A DNA stretch of 64,000 nt from Synergistales bacterium (GCA_963666205.1 OY762654.1:2400001-2464000); one strand, 5' to 3'. Counted from the stretch's first letter, positions 1 to 12,223 are shown. Notes: a model not told the origin generated them from the letters alone. Numbers and translations: made by a program.

Positions 1-1889
1 AGGTATTTAGCTTCATCTGAAGTGAGTTTCTCAATAGTCTGACTTTTCATTACCCTGGACAGCGCAAGGATCGAATTCAGAGGTGTCCTCAATTCATGGC
101 TCATATTTGAAAGGAACTCGCTCTTGAGCCGGTTTGCCTCCTCAACCTGTTTCCGCTGGTATTCCAGTTCTATGTTCTGTTCCAGAAGTTCTTCCGATTG
201 GGATCTCAACTCGTTTGACTGGGCCCTGAGTTTTTCGGATTGAGATCTGAGTTCCGTATTTTTCTGAGAAAGTTCTCGGGCCAGAAGGTTTGTTTTCTCG
301 TGGTTGATTATGTTTGAAAAAGAAGTATTTATACTGCTCCAGGACAGATTCACAACGTTTTTATGTTCCTGGGAATAGGGCCATACACTGGCAAGGGCTA
401 TGATAGCCTTGACTTCCTTGTCCAGCAGAAGGGGAATGCTTATTATCTCTCTTGGTGGAACGACTCCTGCCGCAGTTTTGAACCTGAACATGCTGCTTTG
501 GGGTATCTCCTTTATAAAAGCGATATTCTTCCGCATAAAAGAAGTTCCGAACTGGTATTCTATGTCTTCTGCTGCAATAGGTTTATCCCTTGCTTCCGGG
601 TTCATTCCCATGGAGGCAATATTTTTGAAGGATTTACCGTCTCCTGTTTTAAGATAGAAGGCACCGATCCCGGATTCTGTTACGTCTACAAGTTTTCTTA
701 TGAGAATATCTGCGAATTGAACTGTCCCTTCATGGGTAACGGCAGTGCTTACTATTCCGGTTATTCCATCCTGTATCCTTATCAGGGATAAAAGTGAATC
801 AGCCATGGTGTTGATAGTCCGGCCAAGAATACCAAGTTCATCAGCCCTGTCAATGTTATTTCTTGCCGTAAGTTCACCATTATCAATTTTTCTGGCTATT
901 TCTGTTATCTTACCGATGGGTTTTGATATACTCCTGGAAATGATAATGGCAAGGGCGCAAGTTCCACTTACAGAGAAAGAAAAAATGATAAGGATCAGAT
1001 GTAGCATTGAATAAATGGGGGTGTAAACTTCTATGAGATCCTGTTTTGCCACGAGTCCCCATCTGGTACGAGGCAGAAAAGTATACGACGAAAGGACTTC
1101 CTCTCCTCGATAGTCATTTTCCCTGATATTACCTGTAGAGCCCTCTTGTGCGCTTTTCACAGAAAGGGTGTTTATCTTAAGTTTAAGGGGAGCATCATCT
1201 GCCCATAAAAGGGGATTCAGAACTGTTCCGTCTTTATCTACAATAAGTATCTCTCCGGAATTACCGAGACCAGGCCTCCTCAGAAGATCGCTGAAAACGG
1301 TGGTTTCCAGATCTATGATACCTGTTATAAGACCATAAGGCTTTTCCATGCCTTCTTCGTGAAGGGGGTGGATCAGGGCCATTACCAGTTTGCCTTCCCG
1401 ATCTTTGTAGACATCAGAAAAAATATCTTTAAATCCCTTCATTGCCATTGACGTAAAGGTTGTAAGATTGGATGGAAGAGTTCCTGTATCCCTATGGGAG
1501 GAAATAAATGTTCCCTCCTCCCCGGAAAGATAAATTTCACTGAAATAATCAGATCGTGAAACCATATCAGACAGGATACCTTCCATCTGCCCTGTCTCCG
1601 AAAGGTTTCTCCTGTTTTTCAACAGCAGGTAGGTTCCCATATCCTTTTTCTCATTGACATTCCCTGCTATGTAAGTCATGTGCTGTGAAATATGGTCCAG
1701 CCAGTTAGCAAGCTGGTTTTTCTGCATATCTCTTACGCCTGCAAGTTTGCTGAAAGCATCCACCCGTATAGATCTCATTCTCTGATCGTAGGTCAATCCC
1801 GTCATTACAATAAGTGGCAGCAGAGAAACTATAACAAACCAGAAGAGCAGCAGGTTGTTTATACTCCTGAACCTTATACGGTTGAACAT
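1..1889 (-). CDS. Membrane sensor histidine kinase (TM-Cache-like-TM-HAMP-GAF-coiled coil-HisKA), runs off the window start
   Basis: Absent from the ORF track because its stop lies outside the window. Manual translation from ATG 1889 (MFNRIRFRSINNLLLFWFVIVSLLPLIVM...) gives a HAMP segment (RADELGILGRTINTM) and an H-box (ANRLKSEFLSNMSHELRTPLNSI). Confidence 0.9.
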   Translation of the reverse strand, partial: MFNRIRFRSINNLLLFWFVIVSLLPLIVMTGLTYDQRMRSIRVDAFSKLAGVRDMQKNQLANWLDHISQHMTYIAGNVNEKKDMGTYLLLKNRRNLSETGQMEGILSDMVSRSDYFSEIYLSGEEGTFISSHRDTGTLPSNLTTFTSMAMKGFKDIFSDVYKDREGKLVMALIHPLHEEGMEKPYGLITGIIDLETTVFSDLLRRPGLGNSGEILIVDKDGTVLNPLLWADDAPLKLKINTLSVKSAQEGSTGNIRENDYRGEEVLSSYTFLPRTRWGLVAKQDLIEVYTPIYSMLHLILIIFSFSVSGTCALAIIISRSISKPIGKITEIARKIDNGELTARNNIDRADELGILGRTINTMADSLLSLIRIQDGITGIVSTAVTHEGTVQFADILIRKLVDVTESGIGAFYLKTGDGKSFKNIASMGMNPEARDKPIAAEDIEYQFGTSFMRKNIAFIKEIPQSSMFRFKTAAGVVPPREIISIPLLLDKEVKAIIALASVWPYSQEHKNVVNLSWSSINTSFSNIINHEKTNLLARELSQKNTELRSQSEKLRAQSNELRSQSEELLEQNIELEYQRKQVEEANRLKSEFLSNMSHELRTPLNSILALSRVMKSQTIEKLTSDEAKY

Positions 1890-1928
1890 TTTATTCCCCC
1901 TGGATATTTAACTTATGGATCGGGAATA

Positions 1929-2777
1929 CTAGTAAAGCTTCCTGTATATTCTGCATGAACCCAGAACCTGTTCAAATTTCCCCTGAAAAAGTCCGTGAAG
2001 GGATTCTGCCTCGCCAAGAACCAGATATCCTCCTATGGAAAGAGACTTTTCAAAGTTTTTCAGTATTGATATCTGAGTTTCCGGCGACATATATATCAAC
2101 AGATTTCTGCATAAAATAATGTCAAAATGCCTGAATATGCAATCTGTCGGCACCCTTCTCTCCGAAGAAAGAATGTCATGGATCGAAAAACTGACCATTT
2201 GTCTTATCTCGGGCTTTATACAGTACATATTCCCCGAAAAGTTAAAATATCTTTCCACATGACCCAATTGAACGTATTTCAGCCGTTCGGGAGGATAGCA
2301 TCCATGTTCTGCTGTCCTGAGGGCTTCAGGGTCGATGTCAGTAGCAAAAATACTCCCGGTGAGGGGAGGCAGTCCCCTTTGAGGGAGATCTTTCAGAAGG
2401 ATGGCCATGGAATAGGGTTCCTCTCCGGTAGCACATCCACAGGACCAGATGCTGATGTTCTCCGAACCAGTATCACGCCCTCTCAGTCCAAGACCTGGAA
2501 GGATTTCGCTGGCCATATGGTCAAAAACAACTGGATCTCTGAAAAAACAGCTTACATTGACGGTTATAGCGTCTAACAACAGGTCTCTTTCAAACGGATC
2601 ATAATTGAGATAATCCAGATAATCATTGTAATTACCAAAGCCGAGATCTTTGAATCTGTCATTTATTCTCTTTTCCAGGGAAGCCTGTCTGTATCCTGAA
2701 AAATCAATACCCTTTTCCCTCTTGAGGAGATCCAGAATTGATCTTATCAAATTTTTATTTTCTAAAGACTGATCCAT
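1929..2777 (-). CDS. cheR: CheR-type protein-glutamate O-methyltransferase
   Basis: Motifs GIDFSGYR, TVNVSCFFRD, IWSCGCATGEEPYS, ATDID and FDIILCRNLLIY. Confidence 0.93.
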   Translation of the reverse strand: MDQSLENKNLIRSILDLLKREKGIDFSGYRQASLEKRINDRFKDLGFGNYNDYLDYLNYDPFERDLLLDAITVNVSCFFRDPVVFDHMASEILPGLGLRGRDTGSENISIWSCGCATGEEPYSMAILLKDLPQRGLPPLTGSIFATDIDPEALRTAEHGCYPPERLKYVQLGHVERYFNFSGNMYCIKPEIRQMVSFSIHDILSSERRVPTDCIFRHFDIILCRNLLIYMSPETQISILKNFEKSLSIGGYLVLGEAESLHGLFQGKFEQVLGSCRIYRKLY

Positions 2778-2871
2778 ATTCGGTTCCCATAATATCCTCT
2801 TGAATATATTTTCAGGGTCTGCTCTTGTAACATGGAATAAACAGAAGTCTCAGGTCTTGCATTGTCATAAT

Positions 2872-5382
2872 TCACATGTCTCTTTTAAGATAGGTCAGCC
2901 TCGTCCTGTTCCGGAGCAGAGCTGCCATTTCCTCTCCTGAAAGAGGAGGTGTACAGTAATATCCCTGGTAATAATTGCAGCCCAGGGATGTTATGGTCTG
3001 GAGGTCTTCTGCAGTTTCCACACCTTCTGCAACGATCTTCATATCCAAAGTATGGGCCAGATCAGATATCCCCTTAACGATCTTCAGGCTCTTGGAGTGT
3101 TCAGCCATGTTGGATACGAAGGATCTGTCTATCTTCAGGATGTCAAAGGGGAAATAATGAAGAAAACTCAGGCTTGAATAGCCTGTGCCGAAATCATCTA
3201 TGGCTATTCTTACGCCTTTTTCCTTTAGTTTGGAAAGGATCTCGACCGCGACGGAAGGATTTGTAATGATAAGGGACTCCGTGATCTCCATTACGATATT
3301 CGACGGAGATACTCCCGAAGATTCAATTCCCTGGACTATGTCTGAGTAGATGTCGTGATCCGTGAAGAGGGGAGCGGACATATTAATGGACATAAAGAAA
3401 TCTTCATTCGGGAAAGCCTTGTTCCATTCTGCGAGCTGGTAAAGTGCTTTTTCCAGTACGATCTTCCCGAGGGGCAGGATGAGTCCCGTCTCCTCGGCAA
3501 GGGAAATAAACTCCCCAGGCATTGTCACCTGTCCGTCCTTTCTATGCCAGCGGGCCAGGGCCTCGAATCCGACAAATCTGTTATCAGTTGTGGAGATTAC
3601 GGGCTGGAAATATACATGGATCCGCTTCTCCTCGATGGCCTGTCTGAGTTCTGTTTCCATGATAAGCATATTGTTCTTGCCTTCCATGAGAGAAGCATTA
3701 TAAACAGCATGGTTTCCCCTGCCTCTGGCCTTGGCCGCGTACATTGCCCTGTCTGCATTGGCCAGAAATTGAGAAGCGCTTTTACCCCCATTATTACTGT
3801 TAACTATACCGATACTTCCTGAAACGTATATCTGTCTGCCTTCGATATTGACAGGCCTGGATATTCCTTCAAGGATCCTCTTTGCGACAATTTCCGCGGC
3901 TGATGGTTTCCCCTTGTTATCAAGGATAATGACGAACTCGTCTCCCCCGAATCTGGAAACCAGGTCAAAGGGTCTGGTCAGGTTGACCAGTCTCTGGGCT
4001 ACAACTTTAAGTACTTCGTCACCTGTTCCGTGACCGAGGTTGTCATTTATGTTCTTGAAGCGATCCAGGTCCAGAAAGAGTACATCGAAACTGCCGTTAT
4101 TATCATGAAGACATCTTTTCAATGCCTTTTCAAGTTTGGATATCATAAGAGTCCTGTTCGGAAGTCCTGTAAGTGCATCATGCATGGCATTGTAACGAAG
4201 CTGCTTTTCAAGATACCGGTGTTCCGTTATGTCATGAAAGAGAAAGACAGCCCCCTCCGACAGGTTCTCCGCTTCCCTGAGAGGGGATACTTTCAGGGAA
4301 AAATGGACAACCTTACCCGAGGAAGAAGTAAAAGATATCTCTCTATCTCGAAGTGGTTCGTTATTGAGAAAGTCTTTCCAGTTATTACCCCCACCCCCGT
4401 TTATCATTGCCAGTACACTATCTATGTGCATATTTACAAGTTTTCCTGCGGGACAGTTCAGAAGGGAGGTAAGCGCCTGGTTAACATCCTTTATTACCCC
4501 CTCGGCATCAACAACGATAACCCCGTCGTGCATGCTGTGCAGTATATTCTGAAGATCGTCTCTCGATATGGTCGTTTCTTTTATCGTCATTGCCATATTC
4601 TGCAGGGATCTTGCAAGATCTCCGATCTCGTCCCTATGATCGAAGGGGATATCGATGTTAAATTCTCCCTTCCCGACTTTTTTAATCAGTCCGGAAAGGA
4701 TACTCACAGGTTTGGTTATTCTGTTCGCAACAGCGTAGGAGGAAAGGAGTACGAGCAGGAAAAGGACAGAAGCCACGAGAAACAGAAACCTCAGGTTTGA
4801 AAGAAAAGTTTCCCGGTCCGTTGAAATCAGGACTGAATTAAGGCTTTCCAGTGCTGTATTCACGAACTGGCTGGAACGAATAAGGCAGACACCTCCGGAA
4901 GGTACCCCGCCAAGTCTTATGGGGGCCACGGCATAAAGAAGAGTTCTGTCCTCGTCCCATTGCAGGTTCCTTGTAGTTATATCGCCAATGGAGAAGATGT
5001 CCTTGATATTTTTCCGGGAGGAGGTACTGCCTGAACCATCGGAGATGATATTTCCCTGGTTATCGAAAAGGCATGCATAAACGGTCTCATTATCGTTCCT
5101 TACAGCCTTAAGGCTTTCCCTTATGGAATTTTTGTCCTCTTCTGCCATGTATGTGGAGATATCTCTGGCAATATTTTCTGCCAGAGAATCGCTCTTGTTT
5201 TCAAACTTCTGAAGCAGGGATGACCGTATGACTGCGAAAGTGAGGTTACGTGTATCCTGAAAGGAGTCGCTGAAATTAGAGAACAAAACAGCTGTTACGA
5301 TACAGAAAGTCGTAATTACCAACGCAAGTATAAGGAGAAAATTTCTGTCACGAATTCGCATATTAAGTACCTTCCTTGCCAT
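2872..5382 (-). CDS. Membrane diguanylate cyclase/phosphodiesterase (HAMP-PAS-GGDEF-EAL)
   Basis: Two TM segments, HAMP, PAS, HDALTGLPNR, RPFDLVSRFGGDEF, FEALARW and DDFGTGYSS. Confidence 0.95.
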   Translation of the reverse strand: MARKVLNMRIRDRNFLLILALVITTFCIVTAVLFSNFSDSFQDTRNLTFAVIRSSLLQKFENKSDSLAENIARDISTYMAEEDKNSIRESLKAVRNDNETVYACLFDNQGNIISDGSGSTSSRKNIKDIFSIGDITTRNLQWDEDRTLLYAVAPIRLGGVPSGGVCLIRSSQFVNTALESLNSVLISTDRETFLSNLRFLFLVASVLFLLVLLSSYAVANRITKPVSILSGLIKKVGKGEFNIDIPFDHRDEIGDLARSLQNMAMTIKETTISRDDLQNILHSMHDGVIVVDAEGVIKDVNQALTSLLNCPAGKLVNMHIDSVLAMINGGGGNNWKDFLNNEPLRDREISFTSSSGKVVHFSLKVSPLREAENLSEGAVFLFHDITEHRYLEKQLRYNAMHDALTGLPNRTLMISKLEKALKRCLHDNNGSFDVLFLDLDRFKNINDNLGHGTGDEVLKVVAQRLVNLTRPFDLVSRFGGDEFVIILDNKGKPSAAEIVAKRILEGISRPVNIEGRQIYVSGSIGIVNSNNGGKSASQFLANADRAMYAAKARGRGNHAVYNASLMEGKNNMLIMETELRQAIEEKRIHVYFQPVISTTDNRFVGFEALARWHRKDGQVTMPGEFISLAEETGLILPLGKIVLEKALYQLAEWNKAFPNEDFFMSINMSAPLFTDHDIYSDIVQGIESSGVSPSNIVMEITESLIITNPSVAVEILSKLKEKGVRIAIDDFGTGYSSLSFLHYFPFDILKIDRSFVSNMAEHSKSLKIVKGISDLAHTLDMKIVAEGVETAEDLQTITSLGCNYYQGYYCTPPLSGEEMAALLRNRTRLTYLKRDM

Positions 5383-5550
5383 GATGGTAGACTGTTTGGG
5401 TAAGGAATATATCAGCTCGACGATTCTTGCATTAATATATGTAAAAGAATACTATTCTTCTAAAAATCATATTACTTCAACTCAGGTTAAAAAACAAGTA
5501 ACAGTCAGCTTTTCTGGAGGTCTGGTACATTGGACGAGGAAGATGGAGAA

Positions 5551-6843
5551 ATGGATGATCTGACTGCTGTACTGAATCTTATCAGAGGTATCTCATATTC
5601 AGGTAAACCGGCGTGGCTGGTCGGAGGAGCGGTAAGGGACATTGTACTTGGAACGCTTCCTGCTGACTGGGATATTGTAATAAAAACGGATCTGGAAGGA
5701 ATAAAGGTTATCTTTCCTGATGCCGTATGTGTGGGCAGGAATAGAAAGCCTGTCTGCCATACCAGTTTTCATGGTCTGAAACTTGAGATCTTACCTCTTC
5801 ATGGAGAGGATATTCTTTCAGACCTGGCTGTAAGGGATTTTACGATTAATGCCATGGCTATGGATTTCGAGGGAGAACTTATTGACCCCTTTGGCGGTTC
5901 CAGGGATCTGGAAAAGGCTGTTCTTCGTTTCACGGGAGATGCTTCAGAAAGGATAGAGGAGGATCCGGTACGGATTTTGCGTATGTGCCGGTTTGCATCA
6001 TCTCTAAAACTTTTTATTCCCGGATCAGATCTTATTGCAGCAAGGAAGGACGCACATCGCATTCGGTCCGTTCATTTGGAAAGGGTGGGGATGGAAGTCC
6101 TCAAGGGAATCAAGGGAAGATGTGCGGCATTTCTGGCACTTGTTGATAGTTCAGGTCTTACCGTGGATCTTTTCCCTTTTCTGGAGAAGGTAAGATATAT
6201 ACCCGCTTCGGGGGACAATAATTCTGAAACCGGAGGAAACTTCCATCACATTTTGAGGATGATGTCATTTATTCAAAAGGGAGAATATCCTGGTGAATTC
6301 TCTCCCTGGGTTCTCTTTCTGCCCTTTTTTTCAGGTAAAAAAGACAAAAAAGAAGCCGCCAGAATGGCTCGCGACCTTATGGTCCGATGGGGGTGGCCTC
6401 TATCGATCAGAGAAGAAGTTATTTTTTATGCCGGGCATATATGCTCCCTTTTCCAGCCTCTGGATGGAAAAGGCCTCTACCGGATCTATAAAGATATGCA
6501 GAGGAGGGGAAGGGTGGATCTATTCCTGGCAGCCAGGCTCTTTCTGGATGCTCTTCCGAAAAGTACTGGTTGTTTTTACATTCCCGGCATGAACAGTAAC
6601 CGGATCAATATGAAAAAAATATTTCCCTTGCTCAACTGTAAGGAGATCTTTCTTTCATGTGGAGATATTTCAAGGATATTCTCTATTCCGGAAGGTCCTT
6701 TGCTGGGAAAACTTCGACAGGATCTGGCCTTCAGCATATCGGAAGGTAAGATCAAGACCAGGGATGAAGCCCTGGTCTTGATCGAAGAACAGATAAAAAA
6801 GACAGGCTCAAGAAATATTAAGGGCTGCTGGACGGGTTTCTGA
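5551..6843 (+). CDS. Class II tRNA nucleotidyltransferase (CCA/poly(A) polymerase family), probably CC-adding type
   Basis: Motifs GGAVRD, DWD, DLAVRDFTINAMA and EEDPVRILR. ATG at 5551 preferred over the upstream TTG. Confidence 0.85.
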   Translation: MDDLTAVLNLIRGISYSGKPAWLVGGAVRDIVLGTLPADWDIVIKTDLEGIKVIFPDAVCVGRNRKPVCHTSFHGLKLEILPLHGEDILSDLAVRDFTINAMAMDFEGELIDPFGGSRDLEKAVLRFTGDASERIEEDPVRILRMCRFASSLKLFIPGSDLIAARKDAHRIRSVHLERVGMEVLKGIKGRCAAFLALVDSSGLTVDLFPFLEKVRYIPASGDNNSETGGNFHHILRMMSFIQKGEYPGEFSPWVLFLPFFSGKKDKKEAARMARDLMVRWGWPLSIREEVIFYAGHICSLFQPLDGKGLYRIYKDMQRRGRVDLFLAARLFLDALPKSTGCFYIPGMNSNRINMKKIFPLLNCKEIFLSCGDISRIFSIPEGPLLGKLRQDLAFSISEGKIKTRDEALVLIEEQIKKTGSRNIKGCWTGF

Positions 6844-8755
6844 TGGGAATACCTATGGTCGCCCCGAAATCCCAGTCCTCTTCGTCAGTATATACTGCGA
6901 AAACTGTTGCATTGAGGAAAGACCCGGGAATGTAAAGGCCGATACCTGTCTCCCATGGCTCCTCCAGAGTTTTAAAGCTGTCATCCAGCAGATATCCCTG
7001 GGTGAAGAAAATATCACCATTGATGGTACCCCACCAGCTCTCTGTGAGTACCTTTCGTAAGGTAGTTTTCCACCATGCTGTATTTTCTCCGGCAAGAGGG
7101 TGATCAGCAAGGGAATGAAGCTCTTCTCTTGCACCAAGGTAGGCCCGTGAATAGGGATTGCTCATATCTCCAGCGAAAAGGCCTCCTTCAAGGATGATCT
7201 TTGCCAGGGTTCCGCCTATCTGGGCAACGCCCTTGAACTCCATTCTTCCCATGAGGATATCCAGATCTCTCCAGTAAATATCTGTCCTGACATATATACC
7301 CCTGGTAGGATCCAGGGCGTCATCCAGAGTGTTGTAAATGATATAAGCTTTTGGTCCTATGTAGCTGTCTTCTCCCTGATCGCTGTCGAAATATTCAGAT
7401 GTAAGACCAATTCCAACCCTGAAGTGACCCAGAAGACTCCTTTCTGTGAAGTCCAGAGCGTATCTTTCCCACCTGGTGGCGGGAGCATTTGACGGATCAA
7501 ATTCCCTGTGACGGACAGTGAATGAATATTCTGATCTTTTCCGCCATGTCTCTCCAGCGTTCTGGTAGGCGAACTTCAGGCCCCATTCTCTTCCCAGAAT
7601 AAATTGTCTGAGAAGAATGTCACCATCCTCAAGAAAGTTTCTCGTTATCAGGTCAGCAAAAAGATAGTTCCGATCGTGGAAGGAAGAGTAATAACCTCCG
7701 AATATGGTTTCATGCTTGTGATCGTTCTGTGCTTCGTAATAGAGAAGATCCGGGATCCAGTCTTCAGGAGTTTCCCTTTTTTCTGTTATGATCTGCCTAT
7801 CCGGTATGGCCGGTGAATTCTGAGCAAGAGACCTTATTTCCCCAATCTGTTTCCTGGTCTGGCTTTCACCTGTGGCTATAATGGTTGCGAAGTCGGAAGT
7901 GCTCAGCATGGGGAGTCCCCCCACATCAGGTCTTATCAGGATGTCTGCTCTGTGACGGTCTATCTCAAGGTCCCGGGCTGTCATTATATTTATGCTCTGG
8001 TCAAGAACATCTACTATGGATCTTATCTGACCAGGTTCCTTGTTCTCTGAAGATATATCCACAGCTACTACAGGATAGCCCGGGAATATTTCTTTTGCTA
8101 TCCTCACGGGCAGATTTGCCACCAGCCCCCCATCTACGAGAAGGCGGTTTTCAATCTTCCATGGTTGGAAAAGACCAGGTATGGACATGGAAGCCCTCAT
8201 GGCTTCGGCAAGGCTGCCGGAACGGAGTAAAACCGGTCCACCCTGGTAAAGATCTGTGGCTACCGCAGCGAAGGGAATGGGAAGTCTGTTGAAGTCGCTG
8301 ATATTTATGCATGGAGAGGTTATCTCTTCAAGTTTCCTGAGCAGCTTGATCCCGCTCAGTCCACCCAGTGGACCAACAACTTCCCCTTTCTCGTTAAGAA
8401 AGACTCTGCCTATAGATATTGATTCGCCATAGTCTTCTACCCCGAGACGCGAAAGAGAAGGTTGGGTCCGGTCATAGAGAAGGCTTCTCATGTCGAGGTC
8501 CATTACTATTTCCTCTATCTCTGAAGGATTATAACCGCAGGCAGCCACTCCTCCGATTATAGATCCCATACTCGTTCCTACTATACCTGCTATGGGAATA
8601 TTCTCTTCAGCCAGGACCTTCAGTACTCCCACATGTGCAAAGCCCCTGGTGCCACCTCCTGAGAGGGCAAGAACAATTCCTCCAGCCATGCATAAAGAAG
8701 CAGAGTAGAAAAACACCAATATTGTCGCAAAAAGGATTTTAACCGTTTTTCTCAT
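6818..8755 (-). CDS. Patatin-like phospholipase with signal peptide and C-terminal Omp85-like beta-barrel (PlpD-like)
   Basis: Signal peptide MRKTVKILF...; patatin motifs LSGGGTRG, GTSMG and DGG; C-terminal amphipathic beta-strands with YNTLDDALDPTRG. Confidence 0.8.
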   Translation of the reverse strand: MRKTVKILFATILVFFYSASLCMAGGIVLALSGGGTRGFAHVGVLKVLAEENIPIAGIVGTSMGSIIGGVAACGYNPSEIEEIVMDLDMRSLLYDRTQPSLSRLGVEDYGESISIGRVFLNEKGEVVGPLGGLSGIKLLRKLEEITSPCINISDFNRLPIPFAAVATDLYQGGPVLLRSGSLAEAMRASMSIPGLFQPWKIENRLLVDGGLVANLPVRIAKEIFPGYPVVAVDISSENKEPGQIRSIVDVLDQSINIMTARDLEIDRHRADILIRPDVGGLPMLSTSDFATIIATGESQTRKQIGEIRSLAQNSPAIPDRQIITEKRETPEDWIPDLLYYEAQNDHKHETIFGGYYSSFHDRNYLFADLITRNFLEDGDILLRQFILGREWGLKFAYQNAGETWRKRSEYSFTVRHREFDPSNAPATRWERYALDFTERSLLGHFRVGIGLTSEYFDSDQGEDSYIGPKAYIIYNTLDDALDPTRGIYVRTDIYWRDLDILMGRMEFKGVAQIGGTLAKIILEGGLFAGDMSNPYSRAYLGAREELHSLADHPLAGENTAWWKTTLRKVLTESWWGTINGDIFFTQGYLLDDSFKTLEEPWETGIGLYIPGSFLNATVFAVYTDEEDWDFGATIGIPIRNPSSSP

Positions 8756-8941
8756 AATATCTCCCATCGGATCCCAAATTCTGAAATAAGGCCTCTGGAC
8801 AGTGTTCTGGGTGAATATTTCCAGTTTATATAGTGAATGATTAATTTGACAAAATTCAATAAAAGTATAGCAGATCAGAGAAGTGCAGTGAAAATAATCT
8901 GATTATCTGTCTCTATTTCCCAAATCAGCTTCTAAAAACGA

Positions 8942-8977
8942 AACCCCCTACTTTTTCAGAATATCCGGTAGGGGGTT
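8942..8977 (-). terminator. Intrinsic terminator downstream of gyrB
   Basis: 10-bp inverted repeat AACCCCCTAC/GTAGGGGGTT followed on the minus strand by a T-rich tract. Confidence 0.65.
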
Positions 8978-9031
8978 AATATTGGTCAGTTTATTCCTTA
9001 TCCTGTATGAGATCTGTATATTGAGCTGATA

Positions 9032-11142
<2,111 letters not shown>

Positions 11143-11259
11143 GCCTTTTCACCTCCGGTAATTCTTGATACTGCAACCGATATATTATACCAAACTTTCG
11201 ATTATCACAGGTTTTTTCTTTTATCCAAACCTGATTAAGTACCCATTAGGGAGGTAAAA

Positions 11260-12159
11260 ATGTCGATCATAAGGAGATCTGCCATCAAGAGAAAGTTATA
11301 TAAACTGTTTTTGTACCTGAAGGGAGAGGTCCCTGTCCTTTTCAACGCAACCCTTGGAACGTCCCTCCAGGCTCTGGCTGTTGTCATGCTGATAATGCCG
11401 AATAAGTTTCCGGATCTTGGAGTCACGGGTATAGCGGTGCTTTCAAACTATGTATGGGGTATCTCTCCCATATGGATAATAGCAAGCGCTAATTTCCTGT
11501 TGCTTATGTGGGGATTGAGAACCCTGTCTCCAAGATTTGCTATCTGGACCATATACAATGTCGTACTCTTTACCGTTCTATTGAAGGTCTTCGAGTTCAT
11601 ACCGGTTCCGGCACTGGACGATCGATTCATGGTTGCGGTTATTGCGGGAGTTATGAAAGGCATAGGTTCGGGTCTTATTTACAGTTATGGTGTTTCAGGC
11701 GGAGGTACGGATGTTCCCGGCATGGTCCTGCGTAAGAGGTATGGGATCGAGATGGGGCAATTCAATATATACATCAATTTTGCGATTCTAGCCCTTTCCT
11801 TCTTTATAGTAGGTCTTGAAGCTGTCATTTATGGAATGGTGGCGGTCTATACAATGGGGATTGTTTCGGATAATACCCAGAGATCATTTAACAGAAGGCG
11901 CCAGGTATTCATAATAACAAGAAAGCCCCAGGAGGTTTCCCGCTATATCATAAAAGAACTTAACAGGGGAGTGACCCTTCTGGAAGGAAAGGGGGGCTAT
12001 ACAGGTCAGGAAAGGGCTGTCCTCATGGCTCTTCTTGCGCCAAAACAGACAGCTTTTCTGAAAAATTACCTTTCAGATCTTGATCCCCATGCCTTTATGT
12101 CCGTCAGTGATGCATCTGAGGTGTTAGGTAAGGGCTTTAAGGCATGGAAATCTCTGTGA
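11260..12159 (+). CDS. YitT family membrane protein (DUF161/DUF2179)
   Basis: Motifs GVTGIA, SGGGTD and LNRGVTLLEGKGGYTG...DPHAFMSVSDASEVLGKGF; GGGAGG RBS. Confidence 0.9.
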   Translation: MSIIRRSAIKRKLYKLFLYLKGEVPVLFNATLGTSLQALAVVMLIMPNKFPDLGVTGIAVLSNYVWGISPIWIIASANFLLLMWGLRTLSPRFAIWTIYNVVLFTVLLKVFEFIPVPALDDRFMVAVIAGVMKGIGSGLIYSYGVSGGGTDVPGMVLRKRYGIEMGQFNIYINFAILALSFFIVGLEAVIYGMVAVYTMGIVSDNTQRSFNRRRQVFIITRKPQEVSRYIIKELNRGVTLLEGKGGYTGQERAVLMALLAPKQTAFLKNYLSDLDPHAFMSVSDASEVLGKGFKAWKSL

Positions 12160-12172
12160 GGATTTCTGAAAT

Positions 12173-12220
12173 TTATGGGAGGGGCTCTCTTAATCTCCGT
12201 AAGGGTGACCCCTCCCATAA
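12173..12220. terminator. Hairpin between convergent yitT and alcohol dehydrogenase genes
   Basis: 12-bp inverted repeat TTATGGGAGGGG/CCCCTCCCATAA with additional internal pairing. Confidence 0.65.
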
Positions 12221-12223
12221 GAT

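Noticed and set aside
8768-9031. AT-rich intergenic region beside gyrB as a possible oriC
   Set aside because: No cluster of TTATCCACA DnaA boxes was seen, and there is no dnaA or dnaN nearby.
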